Source: an uncultured Planctomycetia bacterium | Lineage (GTDB): Bacteria; Planctomycetota; Planctomycetia; Pirellulales; S012-138 | Length of the DNA stretch: 64,000 nt | Direction: 5' to 3' | NCBI GenBank assembly: GCA_963731685.1 | Contig: CAVSWR010000039.1 | Location: 59,004 to 123,003 of the forward strand | Part shown: positions 31,262 to 42,962 of the stretch, one piece after another | Layout of the letters: each line of letters begins with the position of its first letter | How positions within the stretch are numbered: position 1 is the first letter of the stretch | The notes under the pieces: model-generated | Seen by the model: the letters and a program-made list of their open reading frames with translations, nothing else | What the model was told of the DNA's origin: nothing | Database searches by the model: none | Position numbers and translations under genes: made by a program

Positions 31262-32229
31262 ATCCCCAGGTACTCCTCCAGGGCGTCTCGCATCACCGCC
31301 GTGTCGGGCTCGATGCCGGTCCAAATCTTGAAGGAAATCACGCCCTGGTTGACGAGCATGCCCAAACCGTCCAGCACCACGCAGCCGCGCCCCGCGGCTT
31401 CCTGAAGAAACCGCGTTTCGGGCGGATTGAAAACCACGTCGGCCGCCACCAGGCCCTCGCGCAAGGTGTCCACATCGACCGGCACGCGGGCTTGCAGATC
31501 GAACAACCCGATCGACGTGGCGTTGATCACCACGTCGGCCTCCTCGGGCACGTGAAACGCCCCCTGCCAAGGGGCGAATGCCGCCTCCGCGTCAGTCTTC
31601 TCGTTGAGCAACGCGACGAGTTCTTGGCCGCGCTGCTCGCTGCGATTGACAATCGTGAACGGACCGGCCCCGGCCAGCGCCAACTCCACGGCGATGGCCC
31701 GCGCCGCGCCGCCGGCGCCGAGGATCACGATATTCTTCCCCCGCGGATCGGTTACGCCGCCCAGCGATTGGCAGAAACCTTTGCCGTCGGTGTTCTCGCC
31801 GATGAGCCGGTCGCCCTGCCGGTTGACGCAGTTCACCGCGCCCATCAGCCCCGCCGCCTCGCTGGTTCCGTCGAGATACTCGATCACCGCGACCTTATGG
31901 GGCTTGGTGAAGTTCGCGCCGCGGAACCCCAAAGCCCGGATTCCCCGCACGGCGTCGCCCAGCTTCTCCGGCGGCACTTCCAGCGTGAGATACCGCCAAT
32001 CGAGTTCGTGATGGGTGAAGGCGCGCTCCATCATGTACTGCGTGGGATTGCCGGCCACCGGCTGACCCAAGCAGGCGCAAATCTGTTGGAGATCGTTGGG
32101 TTCAGACAACGTAATGCTCAGGCTTTCGAGGCCTAGGGATTCGACGCTCAGGGTTTCGATGCCCAGGGTTTCTACGCTCAGGGTTTCTACGCTCAGGGTC
32201 GCCACGCTCCAGGACACCGCCCCCAACAT
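31258..32229 (-). CDS. aroE: Shikimate dehydrogenase (true start may be TTG at 32109)
   Basis: GANFTKPHK, GAVNC, GENTDGKGF, LGAGGAARA, INATSIG, DVVFNP, DGLGMLVNQG. Confidence 0.93.
   Translation of the reverse strand: MLGAVSWSVATLSVETLSVETLGIETLSVESLGLESLSITLSEPNDLQQICACLGQPVAGNPTQYMMERAFTHHELDWRYLTLEVPPEKLGDAVRGIRALGFRGANFTKPHKVAVIEYLDGTSEAAGLMGAVNCVNRQGDRLIGENTDGKGFCQSLGGVTDPRGKNIVILGAGGAARAIAVELALAGAGPFTIVNRSEQRGQELVALLNEKTDAEAAFAPWQGAFHVPEEADVVINATSIGLFDLQARVPVDVDTLREGLVAADVVFNPPETRFLQEAAGRGCVVLDGLGMLVNQGVISFKIWTGIEPDTAVMRDALEEYLGI
32115..32212. repeat. 15-bp tandem repeat (about 6 copies, consensus cagggtttctacgct) upstream of or within the aroE N-terminus
   Basis: Visible repeats; in the aroE frame they read LSVAT LSVET LSVET LGIET LSVES LGLES. 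Confidence 0.8.
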
Positions 32230-33195
32230 GTCACTGCCGGCTGACTGGCGAACGGCCCGGCGCGACGGCGCCCCACGCGGTGGCAGCCATCTTCGCCCAA
32301 AAGGCGGCCGAATGCAATTGGACTCATCGGCCGCGATCGTACTGCGCCAGCCTGTTCCCTCAGCAATACATAAACCAGATCAATCCGCGCGCGGCCTCCC
32401 GAAGTGGCCGATATCAGCCAACGGAAACCCCCCAAAAGAAAATTTTCGTACCTTTGGGGGATGCACAACTTGGACCATTTGCGCCCAGACGGGCTCCACT
32501 TGTGGACCACCCATGACCCATTCACGACCCGTTTGGCGCCCACATGCGCCCAAGCCAATTCTCGCCCCCATTTTTCAAGCAAAACATGCCAACAATCCAG
32601 AAAAACACCATTTGACCAGCCCTCGCCGATGCATGCCCCGCTAGCGTCAATCTAGTAAATACACACAATATGCGACGAATAAGATTTCTCAGTTGTCTGC
32701 AAGTTGTGCGTATACCAGTAAGCCCCGCTTGCCAAACACCCCAATCGCCGACCCCTTCCAATCCAAACCCATACTGCCGAACCAATCGCCACATTCTCAT
32801 CCCCCCACATATCGCATTCCCGTGCCGCCTCCCACTTGCTGCGTGCCCGCTGGTAAACGGGTTTGACTTTCATTCGTGCCCCGGCTCCGCCTGCCAGTTG
32901 AAAATGTGGGGTGGCGCCAAACCGACCTCTTCCCACTTTCATGCCACGCGGATTCCAACGGAAACGACGCGTTGGCGCCTTGAATTCATTCGTAAGCGGC
33001 GCGTGCCAGTCGCAAAGCGACAACGCGCAGCGACTGTTGGCGTGGGACGCCAGTCCCACGTAACACGACAGCAGGCAAACACAAAGCGGCGGAGCATGGG
33101 AGCGTCGGCGGATTGCGCGCTGCGGCGTGTCGCAGATTCCCCGCGGCGTTCCTTCTTCCTTACGGTCGCGCCTACTGCGTTGGCGGCTTTGCCGT

Positions 33196-35013
33196 TTAGC
33201 CGCGGGCTTCTAGTTCTTCCCAACGAGCGTAGGATTCTTGCAGGGTCGCTTCGAGGGTTGCCAACTCCGCGTGCGCGGCTGTGATCGCGGCTTTGTCTTG
33301 TTTGAAGAACGAGGGGTCGGCCATCGCGTCGTGTAGGGCGGCGCGATGGCTTTCCAACCCCTCGATGCGTTCGGGCAATGCTTCCAACTCGCGCTGCTCG
33401 CGGAAGCTCAGCTTGGCCGGCTTGCCGGTTGCGGCCGAGGTAGTTTCGCGGGACTTGGTTGGGCGTTGCTGCGGCGCGGGTTCACGGTCGGAAGCCGTTG
33501 CGGCGTCGCGTTGGCGAACGTAGTCGTCGTAGCCGCCGTCATAGGTCTTCATGCGCCCCCGGCCCTCGAAGACCAGCGTGCTGGTCACCACGTTGTTGAG
33601 AAAGGCGCGGTCGTGGCTCACCAGCAGCAGCGTGCCGGCGTAGCTCGACACCAGTTCCTCGAGCAGCTCGAGCGTTTCCGCGTCGAGATCGTTGGTCGGT
33701 TCGTCCAGCACCATCACGTTGGACGGGTGTTTGAAGAGCCGCGCCAGCAACAAGCGGTTGCGTTCGCCGCCGGAGAGGAACTTGGCCTGTTGGCGGGCGC
33801 GCTCGGGCGTAAACAGGAAGTCCTGCAGGTAGCCGTAAATGTGCCGGCGCTGGCCGTCGATCAGCAGCGTGTCGCTGCCTTCGCCGACGTTTTCCAACAC
33901 GGTCGCTTCGTCGTCGATTTGCTGGCGAAGTTGATCGAAGTAGATCACCTCCAGCCGGGCGCCGTGCCGCAGTTCGCCTGAGGTGGGTTGCAATTCGCCC
34001 AGCAGCAGTTTCAAGAGCGTCGTCTTGCCGGAGCCGTTCGGGCCGATGACGCCGATCTTGTCGCCGCGCGTGATCAGGATGGAGAAATCGTCGACGATCG
34101 GCTCCGCGCCGTAAGAAAAGCAGAGATGCTTGGCTTCGATCACCAGGCGGCCGGAACGTTCGGCCTCGACCGCTTGCATGCTGACGTTGCCGAGTTGTTC
34201 CCGCCGCCGCCGCCGCTCTTCGCGCAGCTTTTTGAGCGCGCGGACGCGGCCTTCGTTGCGCGTGCGGCGGGCCTTGATGCCTTGGCGAATCCAGGCTTCC
34301 TCCTGCGCCAGCTTCTTGTCGAACAGCGCCTTCTGCTTCTCTTCGGCTTCCAAGGCGGCGGCTTTCCGGCTCAAGAACGTGGCGTAGTCGCAGGCCCAGT
34401 CGAACAGCCGGCCGCGGTCGATTTCGACGATGCGGGTGGCCAGGTTCTGCAGGAACGCGCGGTCGTGCGTGACGAAGACCAGGGCCCCGTCGAAGGACTT
34501 GAGAAACCCTTCCAGCCAGGTGATCGATTCGATGTCGAGATGGTTGGTCGGCTCGTCCAGCAGCAAGATGTTCGGCTCCGCCACCAGCGCCTGGGCCAGC
34601 AACGCGCGGCGTTTCATGCCGGACGACAACGTCGCGAAATCGGCCTGGCCGTCGAGGCTCATGCGGGCCAAGACGCGTTCGACGGTGCGCGTCGTTTTCC
34701 ACTCGGCGGCGTGGCCGTCGTCCGCCTCGCCCGCCTGGAGGTAGCCTTCGGTGACGATCTCGGCCACCGACCGCGAGTGCCCGGCGGGAACCTCTTGCAC
34801 CAGCCGCGCGACGCGCAGGCCGCTGGCGCGCTTGATTTCACCGTGGTCGGGCTCGACTTCGCCGGCGACGATTTTCATCAGCGTCGATTTGCCGGCGCCG
34901 TTGCGCCCGAGCAGGCCAATGCGCTGGCCGAGGTCGATGTCCAGATCGACCCCATCCAGCAGTTGGGGACCGCCCCAGGTGAAAACCAAATTGCGCAAAC
35001 TCAACAATGACAT
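33196..35013 (-). CDS. uup: ABC-F family ATPase (Uup-like)
   Basis: Two NBDs ([18 protein letters not shown]), linker EEAWIRQGIKARRTRNEGRVRALK, C-terminal KLSFREQRELEALP coiled-coil. Confidence 0.93.
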   Translation of the reverse strand: MSLLSLRNLVFTWGGPQLLDGVDLDIDLGQRIGLLGRNGAGKSTLMKIVAGEVEPDHGEIKRASGLRVARLVQEVPAGHSRSVAEIVTEGYLQAGEADDGHAAEWKTTRTVERVLARMSLDGQADFATLSSGMKRRALLAQALVAEPNILLLDEPTNHLDIESITWLEGFLKSFDGALVFVTHDRAFLQNLATRIVEIDRGRLFDWACDYATFLSRKAAALEAEEKQKALFDKKLAQEEAWIRQGIKARRTRNEGRVRALKKLREERRRRREQLGNVSMQAVEAERSGRLVIEAKHLCFSYGAEPIVDDFSILITRGDKIGVIGPNGSGKTTLLKLLLGELQPTSGELRHGARLEVIYFDQLRQQIDDEATVLENVGEGSDTLLIDGQRRHIYGYLQDFLFTPERARQQAKFLSGGERNRLLLARLFKHPSNVMVLDEPTNDLDAETLELLEELVSSYAGTLLLVSHDRAFLNNVVTSTLVFEGRGRMKTYDGGYDDYVRQRDAATASDREPAPQQRPTKSRETTSAATGKPAKLSFREQRELEALPERIEGLESHRAALHDAMADPSFFKQDKAAITAAHAELATLEATLQESYARWEELEARG

Positions 35014-35081
35014 TCCGCGAATTTCCTCGTTTGACCGCAGCCGAAAGTTGCACAGCGCCACTTTTACATTTTTCACCGGGA

Positions 35082-35164
35082 ATACAAGCACGACGCGCTA
35101 GCGAGTGCGTGCGTGCGTGAGTTCCGACGTCACCGACTCACTTGCTTGCGCTGCGTGCTTGTAT
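35082..35164. repeat. Inverted REP-like pair
   Basis: atacaagcacgacgcgctagcgagtg ... cacttgcttgcgctgcgtgcttgtat; a half-copy occurs near 25182-25209. Confidence 0.6.
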
Positions 35165-35188
35165 CGAGGCCGAAAAGCGCCAAGACGT

Positions 35189-36703
35189 CTAATCTCTCGC
35201 CCGCGGCGCCAAATCCGCGACGCTGGCCAGCGGATCCAAAGGATAGATCGGGCGGCGCAGTTTGCGGTAATCGAAACAGGCAAAGTCGGGCCGATGCACG
35301 CCGGGCGTGTCGGCGTCGAAAATATGACTGGCCAACGGCCCCAAGTCGGCGCGAAAGTGTACCGCGCTCTTCACGACCAACAGCCGCTGCCTTTCGGGCG
35401 AGACTCCCACAATGCGCAGCATCTCGGCGTCGAGGAGTTGCGTCCGCCGCGTGCTCACAGCCACCTGAACACCGCCGACGACGAGTAGCGCCATGCGGCC
35501 CAGGTCGCCGGGCAGCCCGCGCCGCATCGGCCCCCGATGGACAAACCGTCCATCGCTGAGGCAGCGGACGTAAGCGTCGGCCTCAATGGGGGCGCCGTGC
35601 CGGTCGTCGGTCTTGCCGCCGAGGCGGACGCGGATGGTCTTCCCCACGCCGGCCTCATGCGCCTGGGCCGCGGTTTCGGGATCGACAATCAGCCCCACCA
35701 CGGCGTCCGGCAGGCCGGCTTCGATCAACGCCCGCAAGACGACCGTGCCGTCGCTGGGCGCGCCTCCGCCGGGGTTGTCCGATCCATCGGCATAGATGAT
35801 GAGTCCCTCGCTTTGCCGTTTGACGAACTCGATCAGTTCGTTGACTGGCGTCAAGTTTGGCTGCAGCGCGTCGCGCAGCTCCCACACCATGGCGGCCAGT
35901 TCTTCCGCCGCGCGGTCCGCTAGAGCGGCGTCGCCGTCGGTTGTCACGAGCACACTGCAGCCGGCGTCGGCGATATCCGCGAAGGGGAAGCCCATGGCGA
36001 TGGTCGCGGTCAACACGCCAGGCCGCCGCTTGAGTTCGTGCAGCCGCGCGATGAGGCTTTGCATCGGTTCGCGGAGCGTGCATTGCATCGGCGGCAGCGT
36101 GATCAGCGGCAGTTGGCGGTAGGCCATGCGGGCGCGAACTCGCCCGCGCGGTCCGTGTCAACAGTTCGACCGCCTCGCGGCCCCGCTCCCGCATATCGAC
36201 GTGGGGGTACGTGTCGAAACCGATGATCGCGTCGGCGGCCGCGGCCATTTGCGGCGTGATGTTGGCGTGCAGGTCGAGCGTGACGACCAGCGGCGTGTCA
36301 GGTCGGAGCGTCTCGCGGACGGCCGAAATGAAGGCGCCTTCCGCGTCGTCGTGGGCCTCGGTCACCATCGCGCCGTGCAGGTCGAGCGCCACGCCGTCCA
36401 CGGGGCCCAGTTCGCGCAGGCGGCGCAGAAAGATTTCCAGCAGATGATCGAACGCCTCCTGCCGGACGACGCCGGCGGGCTGCGCGGTGCGCAGAGCAAC
36501 GGCGCGATTTCGACGCCGGCTCCGGCGGCGGCTTCGAGGTATCCGCCGTGGATGGTGCCCGTGCCCTGGTAAAGGCGGCGGATTGTGTCTCCGCCGGCGA
36601 AATCGGGCCCACACTCGCTATCGCGTTGGAAGTCGGCCAGGGTGGTGGGAGTTTGGGCGAAGGTATTGGTTTCGTGTTGTACGCCGCCGGTGGCGATCCG
36701 CAT
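35189..36703 (-). CDS. M81 family metallopeptidase (MlrC-like), frameshifts near 36480 and 36135
   Basis: MRIATGGVQHETNTF, LDLHGAM, TLDLHANI, YPHVD, DNPGGG, VVKSAVHFRAD. Confidence 0.9.
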
Positions 36704-37131
36704 GGTAAACGCTCTCGCTGGACGATTCTTTGCGTGTTGCCCGCTCTTTGCGTGTTGCCCGCATCGTCAAGCAGCATAGCGTTTCCAGCAGTTTCGCACA
36801 CGAGCCAAACAAGGTGCCGGCTTGGTTCACGATTTCGTGTGCTGTCGTTGTTTGATCGTGAGCCGCAGGTGATCGCGGTGGCGGTGCGCTCGTACGCCTG
36901 CGGCTGACGGTTCAACGAGGGAATTGTTCTTCCGCCGAGGATTGAAGGGAATGAAACGCCAATTGCCGCGGCGAAGATGTTGAAAAGATGGCCCGTTGAA
37001 GCATACCATTAGGGGTTCATTCGCTCGCTCATGTCTGGCGGCGGGGCGTTTTCCTTTATTTTGCACTCGAACGCACAACTCGGGCGCACAACTCGGGCGT
37101 GGTTCGCGCCTTTCGAGCATCAGGAGCCAAT

Positions 37132-38959
37132 ATGACGACCGACCATAAATTCCAGGTCAATTTGCGCGGCGTGATCGACCTGCTCTCAAATCACCTTTAC
37201 AGCGGGCCGCAGGTTTACGTGCGGGAGTTGTTGCAGAACGCGGTCGATGCGATTGTGGCCCGCAGGCGCCACGAGCCGGATCACCATGGCGACATATCGT
37301 TGGAGGTGATCCAAGGCGCCGACGGGGCGGCCACGCTCATCGCCCGCGACAACGGCGTGGGGCTCGCCGAGGAGGAGATTCACCAGTTCTTGGCCACCAT
37401 CGGGCAGTCGTCCAAGCGAGAATCGCTCTCTCGCGACGACTTCATCGGGCAATTCGGCGTGGGGCTCTTGTCGTGCTTCGTGGTCTGCAACGAGATCGTG
37501 GTGATTACCCGCTCGGTCAAGGAACCCGGCGCCATCGAGTGGCGGGGCCGCTCCGACGGCACGTACGGCCTGCGGAAGCTCGAGCAGGATTTTGAGCCGG
37601 GCACGCAAGTCTATCTGCGCGCCAAACCCGGCTGCGAGGAGTTCTTCGAGCCGGAGTTCGTGCGTTCGACCGCGGCGCACTTTGGAGGGCTGCTGCCGCA
37701 CCCGATCGTCGTTTCGGCCGGCGACGAGCGCTGGCGGATCAACGAGCCGGCGCCGTGGCGCGTCCGACTACGAAAGCGAAGAGCAGCGCCGCGACGCGCT
37801 GCTGGCCTACGGCCGCGAGCTGTTTGGAGTCGAGTTCTTTGACGCCATTTTATTGAAGTCGCAGGCCGGCGGCGTGGAAGGCGTGGCGTTTGTGCAACCC
37901 ACTTCGGCCGGCCTGGCCGTCAAGAACACGCACCGCGTTTATCTGAAGAACATGCTGCTCTCCGAGCAAAGCGAGAATCTGCTGCCCGACTGGGCGTTCT
38001 TCGTGAAGTGCGTGGTCAACGCCACCGACTTGCGGCCCACCGCGTCGCGCGAGTCGTTCTATGAGGACGACAGCCTGCAAGCGGCGCGCGACTCGCTCGG
38101 CCAGTGTCTGCGCCGCTACTTCTTGGACCTGGCCCGGCGCGACCCCGCACGGCTCAATCACTTGATCGCTGTGCATCACGTGGCGATGAAGGCGTTGGCC
38201 CTGGACGACGACGAATTCTTTGACATGTTCATCGACTTGTTACCGTTTGAAACCTCGCTGGGCGAGATGACCCTCGGCGAGATCACCGCGCAGCAACCGG
38301 TGGTGCGCTACGTCGCCTCGCGGGACCAGTTCCGGCAGGTTTCGGGCGTGGCCTCGGCGCAGTCGATGCTAGTCGTCAACGCCGGCTACATCTACGACAG
38401 CGACCTGCTGGAAAAGCTGTCCTACACTCGCCCGGACCAGCAGGTCGAAGAAGTCGACGTGGCGGAACTGTCGCAGAGCTTCGAGGATCTCAGCCTGCGT
38501 GAACGCGAGCGCGTGTTTGAGTTTGTCAAATTGGCCGACCTGGTGCTGCAGCCGTTCAAGTGTTCGGTCGAAATCAAGAAGTTCGCGCCCGAGCCGCTGC
38601 CCGCGCTGTACACGGCCAACGACTCCGCGGCCTTTTTGCGCTCGGTGGACCAATCAAAAGACGTGGCCGACGAGTTCTGGTCGGGCGTGCTGGACCGGGT
38701 CGCCGGCGATCCTGCCTCCGACGCCTATTCGCAGTTGTGTCTGAACTATCGCAACCCGCTCATCCGCAAGATCGCCGAATTGCAGGACCGGCGGCTGATT
38801 CGGCGCAGCGTCGAGATGCTCTATGTGCAGGCGCTGCTGCTGGGCCACTATCCGTTGAAAGCGCAAGAAATGAAACTGCTCAACGAGGGGCTCTTAGCCC
38901 TGATCGAGTACGGCGTCGACGCCCGGCAGGGGGACGCACAATCCGGAGAGGGCGCATGA
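37132..38959 (+). CDS. HSP90-family (short HtpG-like) GHKL ATPase, frameshift near 37765
   Basis: FQVNLRGVIDLLSNHLYS, RELLQNAVDA, DNGVG, IGQFGVGLLSCF, LLPDWAFFV, LRPTASRE, LNYRNPLI. Confidence 0.92.
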
Positions 38960-40084
38960 GCACGGCCGACTTTCAGCAACTTATCTGGCAAGCGCGCGGC
39001 GCTGAGTCACGGCGACGCGAAGGTGGCGCTGCTCGAGGAAGCCGTGCGCATGGCCGACAGCCTGGGCGACGTCGACGCCGGTTATCGAGGGCGCATCGAC
39101 GTTGGCCGAAGCGGCCACGTTTGCTGGCCATGACGAACGCGCGCTGGTCGCGTTCGCCTGGTGCCTGGCCTTGAGCGACGACAATCCCGGACGGTTTGAC
39201 GCCAGGGATCTCATGTGGCGATACAAGTGGATTGTGGGAGGCCTGTCGAGTTTTCCTCAAATTAGCTTGTCCAAGATGCACGAAGCGCTGGAGGACTTTC
39301 ATCGGCGCTGTCGGGACCACGGTTATGGAGAGCGTTCGTACTTATCCTTGCGTTGGTACACTGAGTGGAATACCGGCAAGATTCAAGAGGCCAAACAGGC
39401 GTATCGCAAAATGCGCCAAACCTCGCACGACTCGCTCACCGATTGCGCCGCCGGCGAGCGAGACCGCGAAGTGGAGTGGTTCGCCGCGCTGCGCGAAGAC
39501 GAGAAGGCCCTCGAGTCGGCGGCGCCCATCGTTCGCGGGCGTTTCTCATGCAACAACGTGCCTGCACTCACGTTCGCGCGATTGCTCGAGGTGCATTACC
39601 GGCTGGGCGATTTGGACGCCGCGCTGGCATGCCATCGCTCGGGCTATCGCCTCGTCGCGCGTAATCGCGCGTATTTGGAGTCCGCCGCCAAGCACCTCAG
39701 CTATTTGGCCGAAACGGGCGAGTTGGCCAAGGGCCTCAAACTCGTGGAACGCCACCTGCCTTGGGCGTTGGACAGTTTCGATCTCGAAGCGCGTCTTGAC
39801 TTCTACGGCGCGTGCTGCCGGTTGACGCGGCTGCTGAGCCGCGCAAACGCCCCCGGCGGAAGCTCCGTCTGCCAAAGACGTTTCCGGTCTACCGCGACGA
39901 CGACACTTACGACACCGGCGAGTTGGCCGAATGGTTTCAACGCGAGGCGGAAGAACTGGCCCGGCGGTTCGACGAGCGCAATGGGAACGACTATCGATCG
40001 AGCCTGCTGGAGGAGCGCATCTCCGGCGCTTTAATGCGGCCGCCCGGCGCCGAGCGAATTGACGCGCAGTCGGAACGATCTTGA
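38956..40084 (+). CDS. HSP90-associated alpha-helical (TPR-like) protein, copy 1 (frameshifted)
   Basis: ATGA overlap with the HSP90 stop; MSTADFQQLIWQAR...ERALVAFAWCL...LMWRYKW...DCAAGE...ARRFDERNGN. Confidence 0.8.
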
Positions 40085-40150
40085 TGGCATGGCTGTGAGC
40101 ACGACGCGCGAGCGAGTGGGGTTTGACGGCGCATAACCAGGAGAAGACGT

Positions 40151-41251
40151 ATGAGCACGGCCGACTTTCAGCAACTTATCTGGCAGGCGCGCGCCCTGAG
40201 TCACGGCGACGCGAAGGTGGCGCTGCTCGAAGAAGCCGTGCGCATGGCCGACAGCCTGGGCGATGTCGACGCCGGTTATCGAGGGCGGATAAAGCTGGTT
40301 GAGGCGGCCACGTTTGCCGGCCATCAGGAACGCGCGCTGGTCGCCTTCGCCTGGTGCCTGGCCCAGAGTGACGCCAATCCCGGCCGGTTTAACGCTTGGC
40401 AACTTATGTGGCGCTACAAGTGGATGGTGGGTAATTTGCCGAGTTTCCCTCAGATTGCTTTGTCAAAGATGCATGCCATGTTGGAGGACTTTCATCGGCG
40501 CTGCCGGGAACACGGTTACGGAGAGCGTCCGTATTTGACCCTGCGCTGGACCAATGCGTGGGAATCCGGCGATTTTCAAGAGGCAAAACAGGCGTATCGC
40601 GAAATGCGGGACACCTCGCGCGAGGCGCTCACGGATTGCGCCGCGTGTGAGCGAAACCGCGAAGTGCAGTGGTTTGCCGCGCTACGCGAAGACGAGAAGG
40701 CGCTGAAACTGTCCGAGCCGATCGTTCGCGGGCGCTTGTCCTGCGACAGAAGTGCCCGAAATCACGTTTGCGCATTTACTTGAGGTGTTTTGCCGGCTAG
40801 GCGATTTAGACGGGGCGCAGCTCAGCCATCGCTCGGGCTATCGCCGCATCGCGCCAATCGCGCGTATTTGACTTCCACCGCCAAGCACCTCAGCTATTTG
40901 GCCGAAACGGGCGACTTGGCGAAGGGTCTCAAGCTCGTGGAACGTCATCTGCCTTGGGCGCTGGACAGTTTCGATCTCGAAGCGCGTCTTGACTTCTACG
41001 GCGCGTGCTGCCGGTTGACGCGGCTGTTGAGCCAGCGCAAACGCCCCCGGCGGAAGCTCCGCCTGCCAAAGACGTTTCCGGGTTATCGCGATGACGACAC
41101 CTACGACACCGGCGAGTTAGCCGCCTGGTTCCAACGCGAGGCGGAGCAACTGGCCCGGCGGTTCGACGAGCGCAATGGGAACGGCTATCGATCGAGCCTG
41201 CTGGAGGAGCGCATCTCCGGCGCTTTAATGCGGCCGCCCGGCGCCGAGTGA
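40151..41251 (+). CDS. HSP90-associated alpha-helical (TPR-like) protein, copy 2 (frameshifted)
   Basis: AGGAG RBS; near-identical termini to copy 1; DCAACE motif. Confidence 0.8.
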
Positions 41252-41478
41252 ATTGAAGGGTGGCGTGACGCACGATCCGGCTCGCGTGGGCGGCTCGCGT
41301 GGAATGAATTCCACGCTACTGGTCTGCCGGCGTCTTAGTCGCAGAGCGACGACGCGCAGCGATTGCTAGTGGTCCGTCAAGGTTGAATCTACCAGTTCGA
41401 TCGGGAGGGCGAGGCCACTGCCGAGCCGGTGCAAGTAATGGCGTCCAATCTTATTCCGGCTCAGCAGGAGCCTCGCCC

Positions 41479-42962
41479 CACTGCGTTAAACATCTTTGGG
41501 AACCTTCTGCTTGGCCGCGCGGAGGATGCGATAGATCGATGTGTGACCGCCTTCGATTCGTTTCTTGGGCGCCGTGGATTTCGGCTTCTTCTTCTTCGGC
41601 GATTTCACCCAACGGTCTTCCCACACCGGAGCAAACAGTTCTTGAAGATACGCCTTGAGATCATTCGCCGTGGCAAAGGGTTGAAAGTGATCGACGACCG
41701 TCTGCTGGTCGATCAACGTGGAAAGCGAGACCAGTTCGCGATGGACGTCGTAAAACAGTTCTTCAACGGAGATCGTCTCGGCGGCCCGGCGCTGCGCGTT
41801 GGCGATGTAGGCGCGGACGACTTGAATCAGGTTGTAAAGCAACATGCAGAAGCCCAGTTGGAAGATCGTGCCCTCGGGCGAACTGCTGATCAACTGCTGC
41901 AGATGAAAGACTTCGGTCACTTGCTGAAAGACCCGTTCAATGCCCCACCGCGCCAGATAGCCAGCCAGCAGATCGGCGGCCGGGTATTTATCCGCATCCA
42001 ACAGGTTGGTGATCAGAATGATGTCTTCTTCCCCATCACGATACAGCGTGATGCGCCGCACGTAGAGCCGTTTGTTTTTCGCCTTACCGAGATAGCCCCA
42101 CTCCTCCGTGTAACGCCGGCCCTGCTGGTCCACGCCTTCCCGGACCGGCACGTCCTCCGCCCGTTCGAAGCTGTTTTTGGGGTGAAAACGGATCAAGTAC
42201 GCATCGTTGCCCTCGGAAAACAGGACGGGTTGCCGCAGATCGCAGAACTGGCTGTCTGCAATCCACAGTCGCCGTCGCGTCGAGCGTTCCCGCACCTGCG
42301 ACAAGAGTCCTGGAATCAGCGGCGCGTCGTTCGTTTCACCGTCGGGATGTGCGTTGAACGCGATGATCATCCCTTTCCGCAGGTCCAGCGCGGCCAGGCC
42401 TTTTCCGCCCAGCGGCGTTCCGGCAAACTCACGAGCCGGCTTCAGCCGTTTGGCCGCGCGTTTGATCTTCTTGCCATCGACGGCAAACACGTCGAACGCC
42501 CGAAAGCTCGCCGGCAGCGAAATACCGGCGCCGTTGGGAAAGACCTCCCGCAGGCGATCGGTGGCGCTGGCGAAGAACCCCAGACTCAACGAAATCGGGA
42601 GGCGTCTGAGCTTGCCGTAGGCGGCCTGGACCGACACCGTCATATTGTCCAAGCACTTCATCGCCTGATGGGCGCTTCCGGCGTGTTCGAGCAATGCGTC
42701 TTGAATCAACGACACCATGTTGGAAAACGACAGCTCCGATTCATACGAGCGACCGCGATATTTTTCGAAGACCTCGCCCAGGAACCCCGGTTCCAAGACC
42801 CACGACAACAACGACAACGTGCCATCCGCCAAAGGCAACCGCGCGAGAATTTTCTTCGAAAAGCCGTCCATGGCTCGCTCCAATGAGAGAAATCTGATTC
42901 CATGAACCGTAAATCATTCTCATTTCACGGGTTTGTGTAAATAGAACATGTTTAACGCAGTG
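41479..42962 (-). mobile_element. IS4-family insertion sequence with 15-bp perfect TIRs and 9-bp target duplication
   Basis: CACTGCGTTAAACAT (41479-41493) and ATGTTTAACGCAGTG (42948-42962); direct repeat GCCTCGCCC at 41470-41478 and 42963-42971. Confidence 0.93.
41486..42883 (-). CDS. IS4-family DDE transposase (intact ORF)
   Basis: AVDGK (D1), WIADSQF (D2), YLARWGIERVF (IS4 Y-2-R-3-E motif); stop codon lies within the TIR. Confidence 0.92.
   Translation of the reverse strand: MERAMDGFSKKILARLPLADGTLSLLSWVLEPGFLGEVFEKYRGRSYESELSFSNMVSLIQDALLEHAGSAHQAMKCLDNMTVSVQAAYGKLRRLPISLSLGFFASATDRLREVFPNGAGISLPASFRAFDVFAVDGKKIKRAAKRLKPAREFAGTPLGGKGLAALDLRKGMIIAFNAHPDGETNDAPLIPGLLSQVRERSTRRRLWIADSQFCDLRQPVLFSEGNDAYLIRFHPKNSFERAEDVPVREGVDQQGRRYTEEWGYLGKAKNKRLYVRRITLYRDGEEDIILITNLLDADKYPAADLLAGYLARWGIERVFQQVTEVFHLQQLISSSPEGTIFQLGFCMLLYNLIQVVRAYIANAQRRAAETISVEELFYDVHRELVSLSTLIDQQTVVDHFQPFATANDLKAYLQELFAPVWEDRWVKSPKKKKPKSTAPKKRIEGGHTSIYRILRAAKQKVPKDV

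Noticed and set aside
41429-42886. 485-aa plus-strand ORF (likewise 62527-63909, 56429-57835 and similar long antisense ORFs)
   Set aside because: Antisense shadows of real genes in GC-rich DNA; no recognisable motifs.
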